A stretch of 61,720 nt of DNA, filler included, from Hausera hauseri (Eukaryota): NCBI GenBank assembly GCA_046269625.1. It is 9 parts of 9 records of this genome, joined end to end, with 100 filler letters (N's around TTAATTAATTAA, not from the genome) between each part and the next. Parts side by side here need not be neighbours in the genome. Positions count along the whole stretch, not along the records: positions 1 to 20,214 come from JBJURY010077770.1; 8 more parts are not named here. One strand, 5' to 3'. The notes under the pieces are model-generated. The model worked only from the letters and a program-made list of their open reading frames with translations, ran no database searches and had not been told where the DNA came from. Both the position numbers and the translations under genes were made by a program. Below, piece after piece: positions 1-17,280 of the stretch; the stretch's first letter is position 1, and the number at the start of each line of letters is the position of its first letter.

Positions 1-607
1 ATTGGATCATAGTGGCCTCTTCTGGTAACTATGGGAATAATGGAAGTTTTTTTTTTTAAATCATAAATAACTGCTTAAAATAAAATTTAAATAAATTATA
101 CAAAATTGATTTCTGCATATTTTGGATGACTGTTGTCTTTTTAATGATCACTCACTGCGCATAATTAGAGATGGATTTTTTTGTTCCTTTAGGAAATCAT
201 ATGGTGATCTCTTGTCTCCCAGCTCGGAGCCCTCACTTGCCCTCAGCTCTCGCAACCTTCTCCCCAGTGTTTTGTGTCATGTAGGTTAATCTTTATCATC
301 TCAGTAGGTGGCTTTGACGTGATGAAAGCAACCACTGCGCCTTCATTATCACAGTGGCAGCGTTTTCACGAAGAATCCATTAGCGAAAGTTTCTTCGTGT
401 TCATTAGTTTTTATACATTATTATGTCATTACTTTTTCCTGGTTCTTTTTTTCTTTTGTCATTTTAAGAGAGCTTAATTTGAAAAACTGCTGGGGGTTTT
501 TTTTGTGTGGTTTTAAGAGTTTAATTTGTAAATTTGTCATAGCATTTGGTTGTTTTAGGTTTTAAATTACTGGTTCTTTTTTTTGTGGTTTTCAAAGCAA
601 AAATGTA

Positions 608-1779
608 CCGTATTTTTCGCCGTATACGCACCCAATTTTAAAGGAGGCAAATCTAGAAAAAAAAGATTATGAACCAAATTCTGTAGTAAAATATTTTATA
701 TCAACTGTATAAAGTTAACAGCAGTTTAAGAAAAATTTTATGTCAACCATGTAACATACTAAGAGCTATCTTTACTCTCATAAACAGTCAGCAAACAGTG
801 AAAGCAACAAAAATAAGGCTGTCATGTTTTTATTCTAACCCCAAGAATTCCTCTTCTTCGCTGCTATCAGAAATGAGGAAGGACAGATCCACGCAGTCAT
901 TGTCATCACTTTCTTCCTCACTGGTGTCAAATAAGACGTCGTCTTCTGTTCCATCCAAGGCATTACTAATGCCACACTTCTTGAATGATTTTACAACAAT
1001 GTCTTTCATAGAAAGGCCAGATCTCTTCATAAATCTATAGCACCACGATGGTGATCCGGTGAAATCCTGAATGCCTTTCTCCACAGCAATGCGTTTGGCC
1101 TCATAGATTATCATTTTTGTTGAGACAGAAAGTCCATTTTGCCGGTGACGTGTGATCCACTCCTTTACTTCTACCTCTAACTCTGGCCACTTTGCAGTTG
1201 GTCCACGCAAGGTGTGCTTGCTTTTATCCAACTTTTGGAGCTGATCCTCCTTTTTCCTCCACTTTCTTATCATTTTCTCAGTTGGAGGTGGCCCAAAGTG
1301 TCTCTCCGCTGCTCTGTTTCCATGCTCCTTAGCAAATTTTATTACTTCCAGCTTGAAAGCAACTTTATATGCCAGTCTCTTCTGCTTCGACATCTTGATG
1401 GGGTGGTATGAAATATGATATATTTCATTCAGATATACCATACTACATATATCACAGCTCACAGCTATCCGCGCCTCCGCTTGCTCCCGCACTGCTATTA
1501 GCTGAGCGCAGAGACGCGTGCCTTCACCCGCTCCCGCGCTGGCTTACGAGACTCTAAAAAGTGCACAAAGCAGCGCGAGGAAGAGACCGTCCAAATACAG
1601 TGCGAGGCAGAGCGGGGCTTCCTGGTCTCAGACGGCGCCAAGAGGTGGAAGGGAACGGAGTGGCCGAGTATTCCTGCGGTTATGTATGTATGCAGAGGTG
1701 GAGGGGCAGCGGAGGGCTTTTGTATTTGCCGTATAAGACGCAGGCACTTTTTTCCCACCGATTTTGGCGAAAAATACGG
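608..1779 (-). mobile_element. pogo/Tigger-like DNA transposon, internally deleted (non-autonomous)
   Basis: 14-bp TIRs CCGTATTTTTCGCC (608-621) and GGCGAAAAATACGG (1766-1779), flanked by TA at 606-607 and 1780-1781; contains a transposase-derived ORF. Confidence 0.9.
830..1492 (-). CDS. Truncated pogo-family transposase: Brinker-type DNA-binding domain + CENP-B/Tc5 HTH joined in frame to the acidic C-terminus; DDE domain missing
   Basis: YKVAFKLEVIKFAKEHGNRAAERHF (BrkDBD-like), KWPELE..WI..HRQNGLSVS..F.GS.SWCYRFMKR.GLS (HTH_Tnp_Tc5-like), then directly IVVKSFKKCGISNALDGTEDD, the usual pogo C-terminus. The likely start is MSKQKR. Confidence 0.85.
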   Translation of the reverse strand: MREQAEARIAVSCDICSMVYLNEIYHISYHPIKMSKQKRLAYKVAFKLEVIKFAKEHGNRAAERHFGPPPTEKMIRKWRKKEDQLQKLDKSKHTLRGPTAKWPELEVEVKEWITRHRQNGLSVSTKMIIYEAKRIAVEKGIQDFTGSPSWCYRFMKRSGLSMKDIVVKSFKKCGISNALDGTEDDVLFDTSEEESDDNDCVDLSFLISDSSEEEEFLGLE

Positions 1780-2660
1780 TAGTTTCATAGTTCCAAGGCA
1801 GTACGTAAGAGCAGTTAGTATGTCCGAATACATAGTTTACACACAGAAAACAGTGAAAAATACCCAAATGTCCTGCTTCATGAGTGTGCTGGGAAAAAGT
1901 AGGTCCGTTTATATTCCAGCAGCTTTAGAAAACAACGGTTTTAAGCTGCCAAAATAATTACAAATCAGCCTTAATGTTTGTTTTCCCCATTAATGTCCAA
2001 TAGAAAAGCTAAAAAATCTGGCAACACTGACTGGAGCCAACAGATGGTGAGAAGCTAAGAGTCGGCTGTTTACAAGTGTGAGTAAGACAAAAACTAAAAA
2101 TCACTATTGAGTTTAATCCTAAGGATTGTTTTTAGCAGCTCTGTAAACAATGACAGAGAATAAATTAGATAAATTTATTACTGCAATTTAATGTCATGCA
2201 TCACTGAGGTAAAATGATGGACGCAGGACGCCTGAAGCTGCTTACTGAGCAGCACATATCTCAAACCTACAACGTACTGCTTAACTAAGCAAATTTAAAC
2301 AAGCTTCTGATTATCTTGCTGAAAGCTCAGAGATAAAAACGTATCTGTTTATGTCAAGGATGGGTTCATACTCAAGTCACTGGATAAGTTGATCCAAATT
2401 AAAGTTGAATACAAATGATTCCTTTACAGATGTGGAATCTCTGTTTTAATAATCAGTGTGCAGAAACTGAAAGGGCTGCCACTGTTACTTAGCAACCATT
2501 GGTCAAAAGTGTGCTACAGGTATGGCGTACAAATAAAACATATAGAAGATTATTCAATGAATCCGATTCCAATTGGAATTACCCGTTACTGGGATAATAC
2601 CAGGTCTAAATCCAAATATTTCAGAATATATAAGTGAAAAGCATTAGTAAGTAAATATCA

Positions 2661-2825
<165 letters not shown>

Positions 2826-3189
2826 CTGATCATACAATACAAGAAAGTAAATCTATTTTTTGTCCACACTATTACCCTCTTGCTTTTACATTCCTGGCAA
2901 TGTTGACCGAAACCCTGTAGAATGTGTAGAGAGAATGGTCAGAATGATGAACTCCATCATTTCAATGATGAAGGCCATTCTGAATCTTGTCTAGTCACTG
3001 GTAATTCCTTCTGGCGAGTCGTCCCAATTCACACATTAGACCTCTATTACACATCTGGCAATAGCATTGATTCCAAACATTTGCTGCCAGGTTTGTTTTT
3101 TGTAACGTCATATTGTTACAAAATATCATACATCATATGACATTCACAACAGGCATTGGTATTTCATGCATGAAAGTGAAATTGTTGGC

Positions 3190-4290
3190 AATGACAGAGG
3201 TCAAACATTTCCTGTATGTCTTCACCAGGTTAGCACACACTGTAGCTGGTATTTGGGATAATTCCTCCATGCACAGCTCCTCTAGAGCAGTGATGTTTTG
3301 GGCAGTGACTTTAAACTTCCTTCACACATTTTCTCTGGGGTTAAGTTCTGGAGACTGGCTCTCTAGGACCTCACATTGCTTTTTATGAAGCCACTCTTTC
3401 ATTGCCTGAGTGGTGTGTTTGGGATCATTGTCATGCTGGAAGAAGCAGCCGTTCTTCCAGCATCTTCAATGCACTCAATGACAGAAGGAAGTTTTAACTT
3501 TAAATCTCACACTAAATGGCACTGTTCGTTCTTCCCTTAACACGGATCAGTCGTGCTGTTCCCTTTGCAGAAAAACAACCCCAGAACATGATGTTCCCAC
3601 CCTCATGCTTCACAGTAAATATGGTCTTCTTCTCAGCATTCTTCTTCCTCCTAACACGACAAGTCGAGTTTTTACCATCAAGTTCTATTGTGGTTTTATC
3701 TGATTACATGATATTCTCCCAATCCTCTTCTAGATCATCCATATGCTCCAGACAGGCCTCGACATGCGCTGGTTTAAGCAGGGGGACACGTCTGGCACTG
3801 CAGGATTTGAGTCTCTCCCAGTGTAGTGTGTTACTAATGGTAGTCTTTGTTACTTTGGTCCCAGCTCTCTGCAGGTCATTTATCAGGTCCTTCCATGTAG
3901 TTCTGGGATCTTACAATTGCTCCCACAATTGATTTATAAACACCAACCTGCTTGCCCATTGTAAATTCACACTTCCCAGACTGGTGCAGGTCTACAATTT
4001 TCTTCCTGGTGACCTTTGACCGCTCTTTGTTCTTGAGTTGAATTGAGTTTGGAGTCTGACTGTTTGAGGTCTTTTATACAAATAATGAGGTCAAACAAGT
4101 GCCATTAATACAGGTAACAGAACCTGTACAGTGAAGTACAGAACAACTTATTAAAACATGATTGTGGGTGCCCAAATACTTATTTTTCACCATAATTTAC
4201 AAATAAAGTTGATGAAATGTGATTTCTTGGATTTTTTTCTCTCATAATTGAAATGTACCTATGATGGAAATTACAGCCCTCTCTCATCTT
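3190..4290 (-). mobile_element. Decayed fish Tc1-like transposon in an EML5 intron
   Basis: Minus strand shows Tc1 transposase remnants: FQHDNDPKH-type (gggatcattgtcatgctggaa), [11 protein letters not shown] (gggttaagttctggagactggct), [18 protein letters not shown]. Many indels; boundaries approximate. Confidence 0.75.
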
Positions 4291-4774
4291 TCTAATTGTT
4301 TCTAATGTATTTTTCTTTTTATTTTCTGTCTACACATATGGACAGATTTATTGAGCTAGTTGATGTAAATCTTGCAGTTTATTTTACTTTACATGCACAT
4401 AATTTACACGCACAGCAAAGACTCCAGATTCACAAACTTACTTACAGAGGCATTTCTTCTTACAATAAATAAAAGAACACTCCGTGTGGCTAGCTTGGCA
4501 AAAAAGACTGTGATTGATTTCTAACATGCTTCATTGCTGACTAAAACATTTGCATTTTATTGTCTAAAGTAGCCATCTTGATCACTAATCTATATTTATA
4601 CTGACCTGGAAATAATTCTAGTGAAACACTTTGGGAAATGAAAATAGAGTTTACCAATTCCTAAGTAGTGAAAGCATTTATTTGTAGGATTGAACAAACC
4701 AACATGAGAGCTTCCTAATTATAGCTACTGAAATAGGTATTAAATATATGTATATATATATCTTTACTGCATCA

Positions 4775-5011
<237 letters not shown>

Positions 5012-5014
5012 TCA

Positions 5015-5203
<189 letters not shown>

Positions 5204-5269
5204 TCATGACCTGTATGTTGTTTTTAAGCTTTAATACTTCGACAGTGGCGTTTAGCATTCATGCGATCA

Positions 5270-5656
<387 letters not shown>

Positions 5657-7489
5657 TCAGAAAGACTGGGTTCACTATCAGATCAAAGAGTACTTGTGTA
5701 ACTCTTATTAAACATTTTTCATCTGATGGTCACCAACTGGATTACGTTACACAACCCTCTCTGTCCATTAATATTTTAGGTCAAAGTGGATTCACAGCCA
5801 GTTTTGCCTGTATGTAGAAGCTCGACTGGCTGCTAGCACCACCAATTCAAACTGTGTATCCTATCGGTAACAGGCCAGCATAGCTTATCTCAGCACTACC
5901 GGAGCACCATCATCATTATTCTGAGCTAGAGTTCCTAAAGCTGAAAGTCTGTTTATGCAACATCCGATTTAAACATTTGAACCAATCAAAGCATTTGCCA
6001 GGCATGATTACATGGAAAAACTACAATCTCTTCTAAATAATCAGCTTACATCATTTTATTCACCACACTGTTCTAAACATGACGATAAACAGTGTAGAAC
6101 TATGACTGCAGGCACTCGTGTTGTAAATGCACTCTTTACTTGTTTTAAAGCAATCAAGACACGTTTTTGGTTTGAAAGTACCACAAAGCTTAATCATGGG
6201 GCTTGTTTTGCTTACATATCATACAAACAATAATTTGTAGTAAAGTTATTCTGTTTGTTGATAAGACTGTCTTAAACTATGCATTTAATATCATAATTTC
6301 TTCCAAAAAATGTTGTGAGTGGTGCACAAGTTATAAAACTGAGCACAAGCATCTTGGAATTTTGAATGATGTTAAAATAATACCCAAGAGTGGTGTCTTT
6401 ATTGGAATAAAACTTGCTTTCATTTATAATGTAGTAAGGTGCTTATTAGGACAATAATTTGTTTATCCCTCTGTAAGTAAGATTTATTACCGTGTACTCA
6501 TCAGTGTAAGTTGTGTGCTAAGGAAGAGTGGTCCTCTCTCTCTCTCGGTACGGCTTATGCTCTTGAGAGGAACAGCAGTAATTTACAGTAGTCTGCTGGT
6601 GCTGGGATTCAGGGTTCAAATCACTAGTGCACTATTATATGTCTATACAAAACACGACTGGCTACCAGTAGTGGCTGCTGGTGTTTTAAAGAGAGGAAGC
6701 TCATAGTCAATTTACATCATAACATGTGTCAATTCAGTTATACTAAATGGCCTGTGATCCAATTATAGCAAGTCGGCGATACTATGAGAATAGTAAATGT
6801 TTTATGAACAATGCAAATGGTGAAGTCATTTCAGAAAGCTAATACCAAGAAACAAGTTGCCGTTGGTCTTTGGACTTCACTTGCAAAATCCACAATGAGA
6901 CAAACTCCCAGTGATTAAGTGACCGTATCGATCTCAAAATAGCTGTCAATCAAAATGGGATTCAGACTTTCAACTGATCCTCCAAACATCTTGCAGAAAG
7001 TCTGCATCCAGACCCGCCCACAGCTCCATTCAACCCCAAAGATGCTCAGTGTTCAGGGGTGTGTTAAAAACATGGCATTTATACAACGACCGGCGATAAA
7101 GAAACGATTCCACACAGTCCTGTTGATTCGATGCTCAGCTTCTACAGGCAAACATGTTCATGCTCCAGAAATTAATGAAAAGTTAACAAAATCAGTCAAT
7201 TTATTATAAGCAGCTGATTCTGAATGATCTTGTCTTCAAGATGAGCGTGTTATAACGTATATGGAGTTATTTGTAATGAAATGTTAACACAATCGCACAT
7301 AGTTTGATCTTAAATGTCAAATTAAATGGTCAAATGAGCTTCGCTTTCAGTCTTCGAGAAATCACACCTGCTGGCTACATTGCCTTGTGATGGACTGGCA
7401 TCCTGTGATGTGATACTGTTCGGTCACCCTGACCAGGATAAAATGGTGGTGAAACTATTTTTACCCCTTTCCTTTAATTATGTATTTTA

Positions 7490-7801
<312 letters not shown>

Positions 7802-9241
7802 TTACACCCTGAACCAATCGCACCAAAGTTTATTACAGCATATAAGTTATTGGTGAGCCTGTGCTTACTGGTACAGTATGGAATTTTGCTCCTGGCTGGA
7901 AAGAGTTAAACCAAATGTGATCTTTGGTCTTTTTTTGTTTGATGTGTTGTTGTATTCTGCAATGTTGCTCACAGCATGTTATATATTTATTTTCCTCATC
8001 AACTCAACCTCAACTTACTGCTCATCATCTTATCATGATGCAAAACCGTAGTGACCATTTTAGACAAAACATGACCGGCCACATGATGGACTGGCCTCTG
8101 ATGTCTGAGGTGTGTTGCTGCTGGAACATTCGGTGTTAACTGTTAACCATTTCTGATGTATTAAATCCAGCCTGTCGGACATCCAGACCGATGCCACAAC
8201 CCATGCCACTATTAAGTTATACGGTGCTGCTGCAACATAACTGGCTAATTGAATAGTTCCAAAAATAAGCAGGTGTCCAGACGCTTCGATTAAATTCCCA
8301 TCATGCATGGATGACCACTTTAAAGACTTTTCTGTACAGCTCGGTCAGGGCTGATTTTAAATCTTAATAGTATGTTCTTCTAGCGTAAAATGACACTAAA
8401 TGAAGCTGCTCGGTGTCATAACAGGGACAGTAGAAGTATAAACCCTGGCTGTAATTAAGCTGTCTGCAGTGCTTTTTTTATAGCTCGAGTTCCAGCTGCC
8501 AACGCAGCAGCATGGACCTGAAAGCAGACAGTGTTGCCTCACACTCTGTATCAGGCTTGTCACAGACTGGCGAAGCGCTGAGCAATAGCTGCGCTCTGCC
8601 AGTGTCTATTTTCATCCATCCGCCTCTAAACCCTCAGCCCAGGCCAAACAAGCACTTTAATTCTGAGCTCAGACCCCACCGGGCTGATCCAACATTCCAA
8701 GCAGAGCATGTAAACTGTTAATGAACACGTTACAGACGAATCATTTAACTGTACGGTTAGTTTTCAAGCACAAGTTACAATAGTTAAAGAAATAAAAGTG
8801 TAAAGATGACTAGCAGGTTATTTCATGTGATAATGGCTCGTGCGAAAGTACTTATCAGCTCTCATTATCCATCATGTGAGTGAGAGAGAGAGAGAGCACA
8901 GATGATGAAGCAGCCAGTTAACCAGCCAACTGCTGCATTAATAACCATGCCTGAATGAGACAAGTTAATCGCATTACGTTCTGCCAGATGTAGCTTCAGT
9001 AACTGCAGTTCTTTTAAAAAGATAGATGGAGAAGAGCAGGCACTAAACGAAGCATTTAATCCATACACTATCCCTGTAAATTACTGACTAAAATATAACT
9101 AAAAGTTACCTGAATGAAATATTTGTTGTAGTAACATCCAGCATTTGAAAATCACAGTTCTTAAGACCAAGATGATTCGGATTCTCGGTCATAACACAGA
9201 TTATTTTAGGGAAACTGACCACGTTCGTTCAAATCAACTTA

Positions 9242-9394
<153 letters not shown>

Positions 9395-9819
9395 TTATCA
9401 TGTGCCTCTCATGGTAAGATGTCACCTGAAATACATTGTGACTGTAACTAAAGGTGTGAAAAATAGAGCATTGTTGTAAAAATAAGATTTTACAGTTTAA
9501 ACAAGACACATCTAGCCGAAGAATAAGATTTAATGCTTAACTGACAACCATGGAGACATTTTTTTCTCAGCATTTAAACCAGATATTCTCCTCCTCCGGT
9601 GTACTCAGAGTCTTCTTCTATTTTCAGCCAGCAGTCAGGCATTAGAAAGCCAACACTAACAAGTACAGATAAAAGCATGATAAAGGAAAAACACAGGTAC
9701 ATATAGGAAGGCGTTACCTGACATGTTTGGGTGATGGAGAAAGTGGATAGAAAATGATTCCCCAAAACTAACTTTCAGAAAATGGCATGCAGTTATGAAT
9801 GAGATATGCTGCACAGTAC

Positions 9820-9925
9820 CTGAGAAGTCAAGTGCACACACTCCAAACTGATGGCAACCTTTGAGAACTGAGAGGGGCTTCAAAAACTCGCTTTCCCAGA
9901 CGTGTATAGAAGAGTCTCTTCCAAC
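9820..9925 (-). CDS. EML5: EML5 exon (VGRDSSIHVW...ALDFS)
   Basis: AG/GT boundaries, 106 bp. Confidence 0.92.
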
Positions 9926-10055
9926 CTGTTTGTAAAGAGAAACGCATGTGTTTGAATTCAGATGATTTCAACTGGAGATTGAACACAAGACAAAAACAAC
10001 CGAAAGGCTGCACTCAGATGAACAATATCTAATCTGCCTTTTGGATGGGAATAGA

Positions 10056-10243
10056 TTACATTACATTACATTGCATTTAGCTGACGCTTTTATCCAAAGC
10101 GACTTACAAACAGGCCCCTGGAGCACACGGGGTTGAGGGTCTTGCTCAAGAACCCGACAGTGGCTGCATAGCAGAGCCGGGATTTGAATCCCCAATCTCT
10201 GGTTGATAGTCCAAAGCTCTACCCACTAGGCTACCACCGTCCC
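10056..10243 (-). mobile_element. tRNA-derived fish SINE
   Basis: Minus-strand head with A box (TGGTAGCCTAGTGG) and B box (GGATTCAAATCC); tail aagtcgctttggataaaagcgtcagctaaatg followed by (TGTAA)n. Confidence 0.7.
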
Positions 10244-10284
10244 AATAGAAATATTAAGGTTAGAATAAATTAGCTTCTTCTTCA

Positions 10285-10536
<252 letters not shown>

Positions 10537-10631
10537 TTATGGGCCGTGGTACCAAGTGTAGAGATGAAATAAAGTTCATTACTTTAACAGAGAATCGTGT
10601 TTAGTGGTGAACAAGATTCTGCTTGATCTTA

Positions 10632-11102
<471 letters not shown>

Positions 11103-11759
11103 TCAATGTATCTAGTGTTCTGATTATAAATCTAGTTAGTTCATGTTCCTGGTCCAGGTTCTGTGTTTCCTGTTGTACTGATCTCCTGTAATTGACCTTA
11201 TAAATATTAATTATTCATACAGTTCATAATATATATTCATATTCCATTGGATGCTGCTAAAATAAAAAAAATAAAAACCCTCCTCAGTCCACCCAGCAAT
11301 ACAAAATTCTTTTTCAAATAAAATAAATGAGAGAATTGAGCATGGTTGCAAAAACAAACTTGATCATTTCCTTGAATTTTGAGGAAGCCTTGTGGAGGTA
11401 TTATTAAAAATCTTCAAAAGATGTAGCTCTTCTTAAATAGCAATAATTTCATTCACAGCATTTTATTTAGAGAGGGCACACACCTCTACAACCCACACCT
11501 CTAATCTCATTTCATTTACAAGAACACCTGGCACCTTTCACAAACAACAAAGCTACACAGCACCCTACTACAGATATCACAGCATGCACTACAATAAGGT
11601 ATTCTCTAAATTGGAATGAGATGAACATTTAAATAAAAGAAATGTTCTTTACGGCTCCCATTGCATGAAATATTAAGATAGGACAAGAAGAAACCATTAA
11701 TACTATTGGTCAAAACATTTTATGAATACACACAATGATTAATTACAACCTGAGATTTA

Positions 11760-11990
<231 letters not shown>

Positions 11991-12225
11991 TTATAGTCGG
12001 ATATGCTGATGGTGAGAAAGAGCACTGCCAAGATAAGCTGGAAAAGTTTCATTACAAATCTTAACTGCTGTGCATCATGCTGCGCTGCCAAACGTGCAAA
12101 AAAAAAAACAAGCATGGTGCATTTCATTAATTGCGACGGAGAGCTTTAGCTGATTAGGTCATTAAAATCCTCCGGAGCTTTCTTTTGGACCCTACAGATT
12201 ATGACTTCAACAGCGAGGACATTTA

Positions 12226-12719
<494 letters not shown>

Positions 12720-12838
12720 CTAAACAACAAATCATACACAACAAGACATCTCATGACACCAATCAAAAACAACTACTGTTAGATTTGACTCAAGCCTGCT
12801 TGAATTAAGCTTGAATATGCACTCGGGCCATAAAGCTA

Positions 12839-13153
<315 letters not shown>

Positions 13154-14875
13154 TCATTGTAAATGTCAGAAAGTTTCCAATATTAATATACTTGTTTGCT
13201 CCTATTTGTGTGATTTGTATTCATATAAGCACAGAATACATGGTTTCTATACCTCATGAGCGATCCCTGGTAGGGAAAAAAAGATGTTTTAATGTAGTAG
13301 AAATGTACTTTATTTTTAGCTGTACTATTTTGCAAATACATTTCAAGAACATAATTGTTTTGTGTACTAAATATAATGTATTTCATTTCCCGCATACTAA
13401 TAATAATAAATTAAAAGACAAATCATGACCATGTTTTCTTTTATTACTCTTCAATAAAATACTGTGTTTGTGACTATTGTTTATTTATCTAAATAATAAA
13501 AGCCTTTTTATTTCAAATTATGCCAAATAATGCTGCACATTTCCCTTATTGTGTAAAAAAACCAAAATTAAATTTAAAAACAAATCTAACATTTAATAAA
13601 GAAAGGAATAATACAAATAAAGCAAGGGTCATTAACCAGGTGAGATAAATAGCACCAGTGCCCTCTGATCTTTAAAGTGAATATTGATTCATCTAGAATG
13701 AATTACTCATTTGAATTGTAGCACGTGCATACCAATTTTTAACTCTCGTGTGGTGCATCATTACACCCCTATAGTTAACCAAAGAGACTTACAATCACAA
13801 TATACAGTCTGAGCTATTTAGGGTTAAAATGACCTTGCTTAAAAGCCCCAAAAGCAGCCAACCAACCTTCTAATTACTAGACCGATACTTCGACCAGTAG
13901 GCTACAGTTATTATAAAAAGGAAGAAACATCAGATGTGTAATGCTTACAGACCAGCCTGGATTTCAATGAAACCTAGCCTGGAACTACAGATTAAAAATA
14001 ATGAATGCTTTCTTTTAACTGCTGATGTTAGCAGTTGCCAAAGCTATCTGCATATGTGAGTTGGAATAGCTTGTACGTCTGATGCCTTTCCAGTTGTAAC
14101 CAGATGTGTATCATGGCTAAAGTGTAGTACTATGGGTGTCCTGATATGCGTGCTCCATAATGGCTTTTTGTTAGCCCAGGTTGGGATTTGAACCCCCAGA
14201 ACTCAGACTTTGCATGGCTTTTACAATAAACAACATATAAAGTGAGCTCACTACACTCACAGTTTGCTGATATGTAGTCTGGACCCATCCAGTCACTTTT
14301 CCACAAATAACAAAATTCAGCACACTTTAATGCACCATGGACTGTTTATTTGCTGAATTTAATAGATCATAATACAGGCCCTACCATGAAACTCTTATCA
14401 TAAACCATCAAATGAGCAGGTTCCCATGTTAAAGCTTTCAAGTATCCCACGTTTACTGGTTGATCTGCTGTATGAGCAATCCTACAATAATTCAGTCAGC
14501 AATTGGTTAGTCAAAATTTCCAACCTGTCAAAATCTAAAGCAGCTGAATTACGACTTGGGTAATGGAATATAATAAACTCAACCAATTTCGGGGATGCAG
14601 AGAGGGCGGTGACAAAATATGGATGAGAATTTTCAAAACACAAAGCCATTCAGTTGCTGAATGTTCTAGGTCTACATTCAACCGTAAAGGTCGGCTGCTT
14701 AATTAATTCAGCCCCTCTGTCTGCGCCTCCTCATAATGATTGCTCAATAAAGCTAATGATCCACAGGTGGATCCTTCAGCGGAGACTAATTTGGTTTGAT
14801 TTAGCTCGTCCATGCTTATTGCTGAAACTAAGCACATTTAGTGTGTGCTTGGGTCTTTATTATAGTAAATGATTA

Positions 14876-15356
<481 letters not shown>

Positions 15357-15697
15357 TTAGTCATTAAGGGCATCACTGAAGTCATCAAGGAAGACGCTTA
15401 GTGGAGACAAACGGTAACGATTGGCAGGAGTGAAGAAACAGACAGGATATAATAACTGGATGTACTGGAAGCTTGATCATGCGTGTCGGCAGTTACAAAT
15501 CTGCAGGGATGCCAGTTCCGCGCATAACACAGTGGGATTGTTTAAATGTGGGAGCCTTGATGCACCTCTAGAGTTTTCAGTCCTAGCTACTGGATGAGCC
15601 AAAGCAAATGTGACACAATAAAAGAAGAAAAAGCCAAAGTTAACAATAAAATATTGCATAATGAGTACCACTTAATGGTTTTTGTTATACCAGCTCA

Positions 15698-16183
<486 letters not shown>

Positions 16184-16774
16184 TCAATCATAAGAATTGT
16201 TCTAGGCTCTGAAATAGCAAAAGCATCACCACATCATTTGACAGTCGGTATTATTTTCTCATCGTGAAATGCTTTCTTAATCATTTGTTGACTAGGAACA
16301 TGTCAGAATACACCACAATAACTGTAAATAATAATTGTTTGAGGTTAAAATGAGCACTTAGTGAACAAACTCACAGCTAGCAGGACAGAATACCGACCAT
16401 GAAAAAAACACACAGGTTTCCAGGCATCTTCAAACCATTGAAATGTAACATGTTACTGGTTTATCCAGGTGGTGCAGCGGAAGTTTCCTCTAGCACATCA
16501 GCGCAGAACTCCACAGTTCCAAACCAGGCATTGCCAATGCTTGACTTGACGGCACCCTAGCAACTATGCTGCACAGACCAGTGCATTGTAGTGCCGGTCC
16601 CAACCCAAGATCAAAAGGAAGGTTGTGTCAGGAAGGGCATCCAGTGTACAAAAAAAAAAAACGAAGCCAAATCAATAATGTAGACCCCATCGGGAGCAGC
16701 CGAAAGGATTCACATTTGTTTAGCTCACACGGTACTCATTAAAGCTTGTGGAAAACAGTGCTACCAATGGTTCA

Positions 16775-17002
<228 letters not shown>

Positions 17003-17210
17003 CTAAAAAGGAATGAGAAAAACTGAGGGTTCAAAACGATAAAATAATTACAATTAAAAAATAACTGTAAAACAGTGTCTACAGTGCACACAGCTTATAT
17101 GAGATATGTTTTCTGTTTGTTTGTGACAATTGAAATGTCAAAAGTATATGGTCACTGTCTGATAAAAAAAACATCAGAACATTGGGAATACAACAATATG
17201 ACTTTGTTCC

Positions 17211-17280
17211 AGCCGTGGCCTGGTGGTTAGAGGACTGGGCTTGTGATTGGAAGGTGGCCAGTTCAATTCCCAGAGCTGAC
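17211..17280 (+). mobile_element. tRNA-like SINE head fragment
   Basis: GTGGCCTGGTGGTTAG (A box) ... AGTTCAATTCCC (B box). Confidence 0.5.
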
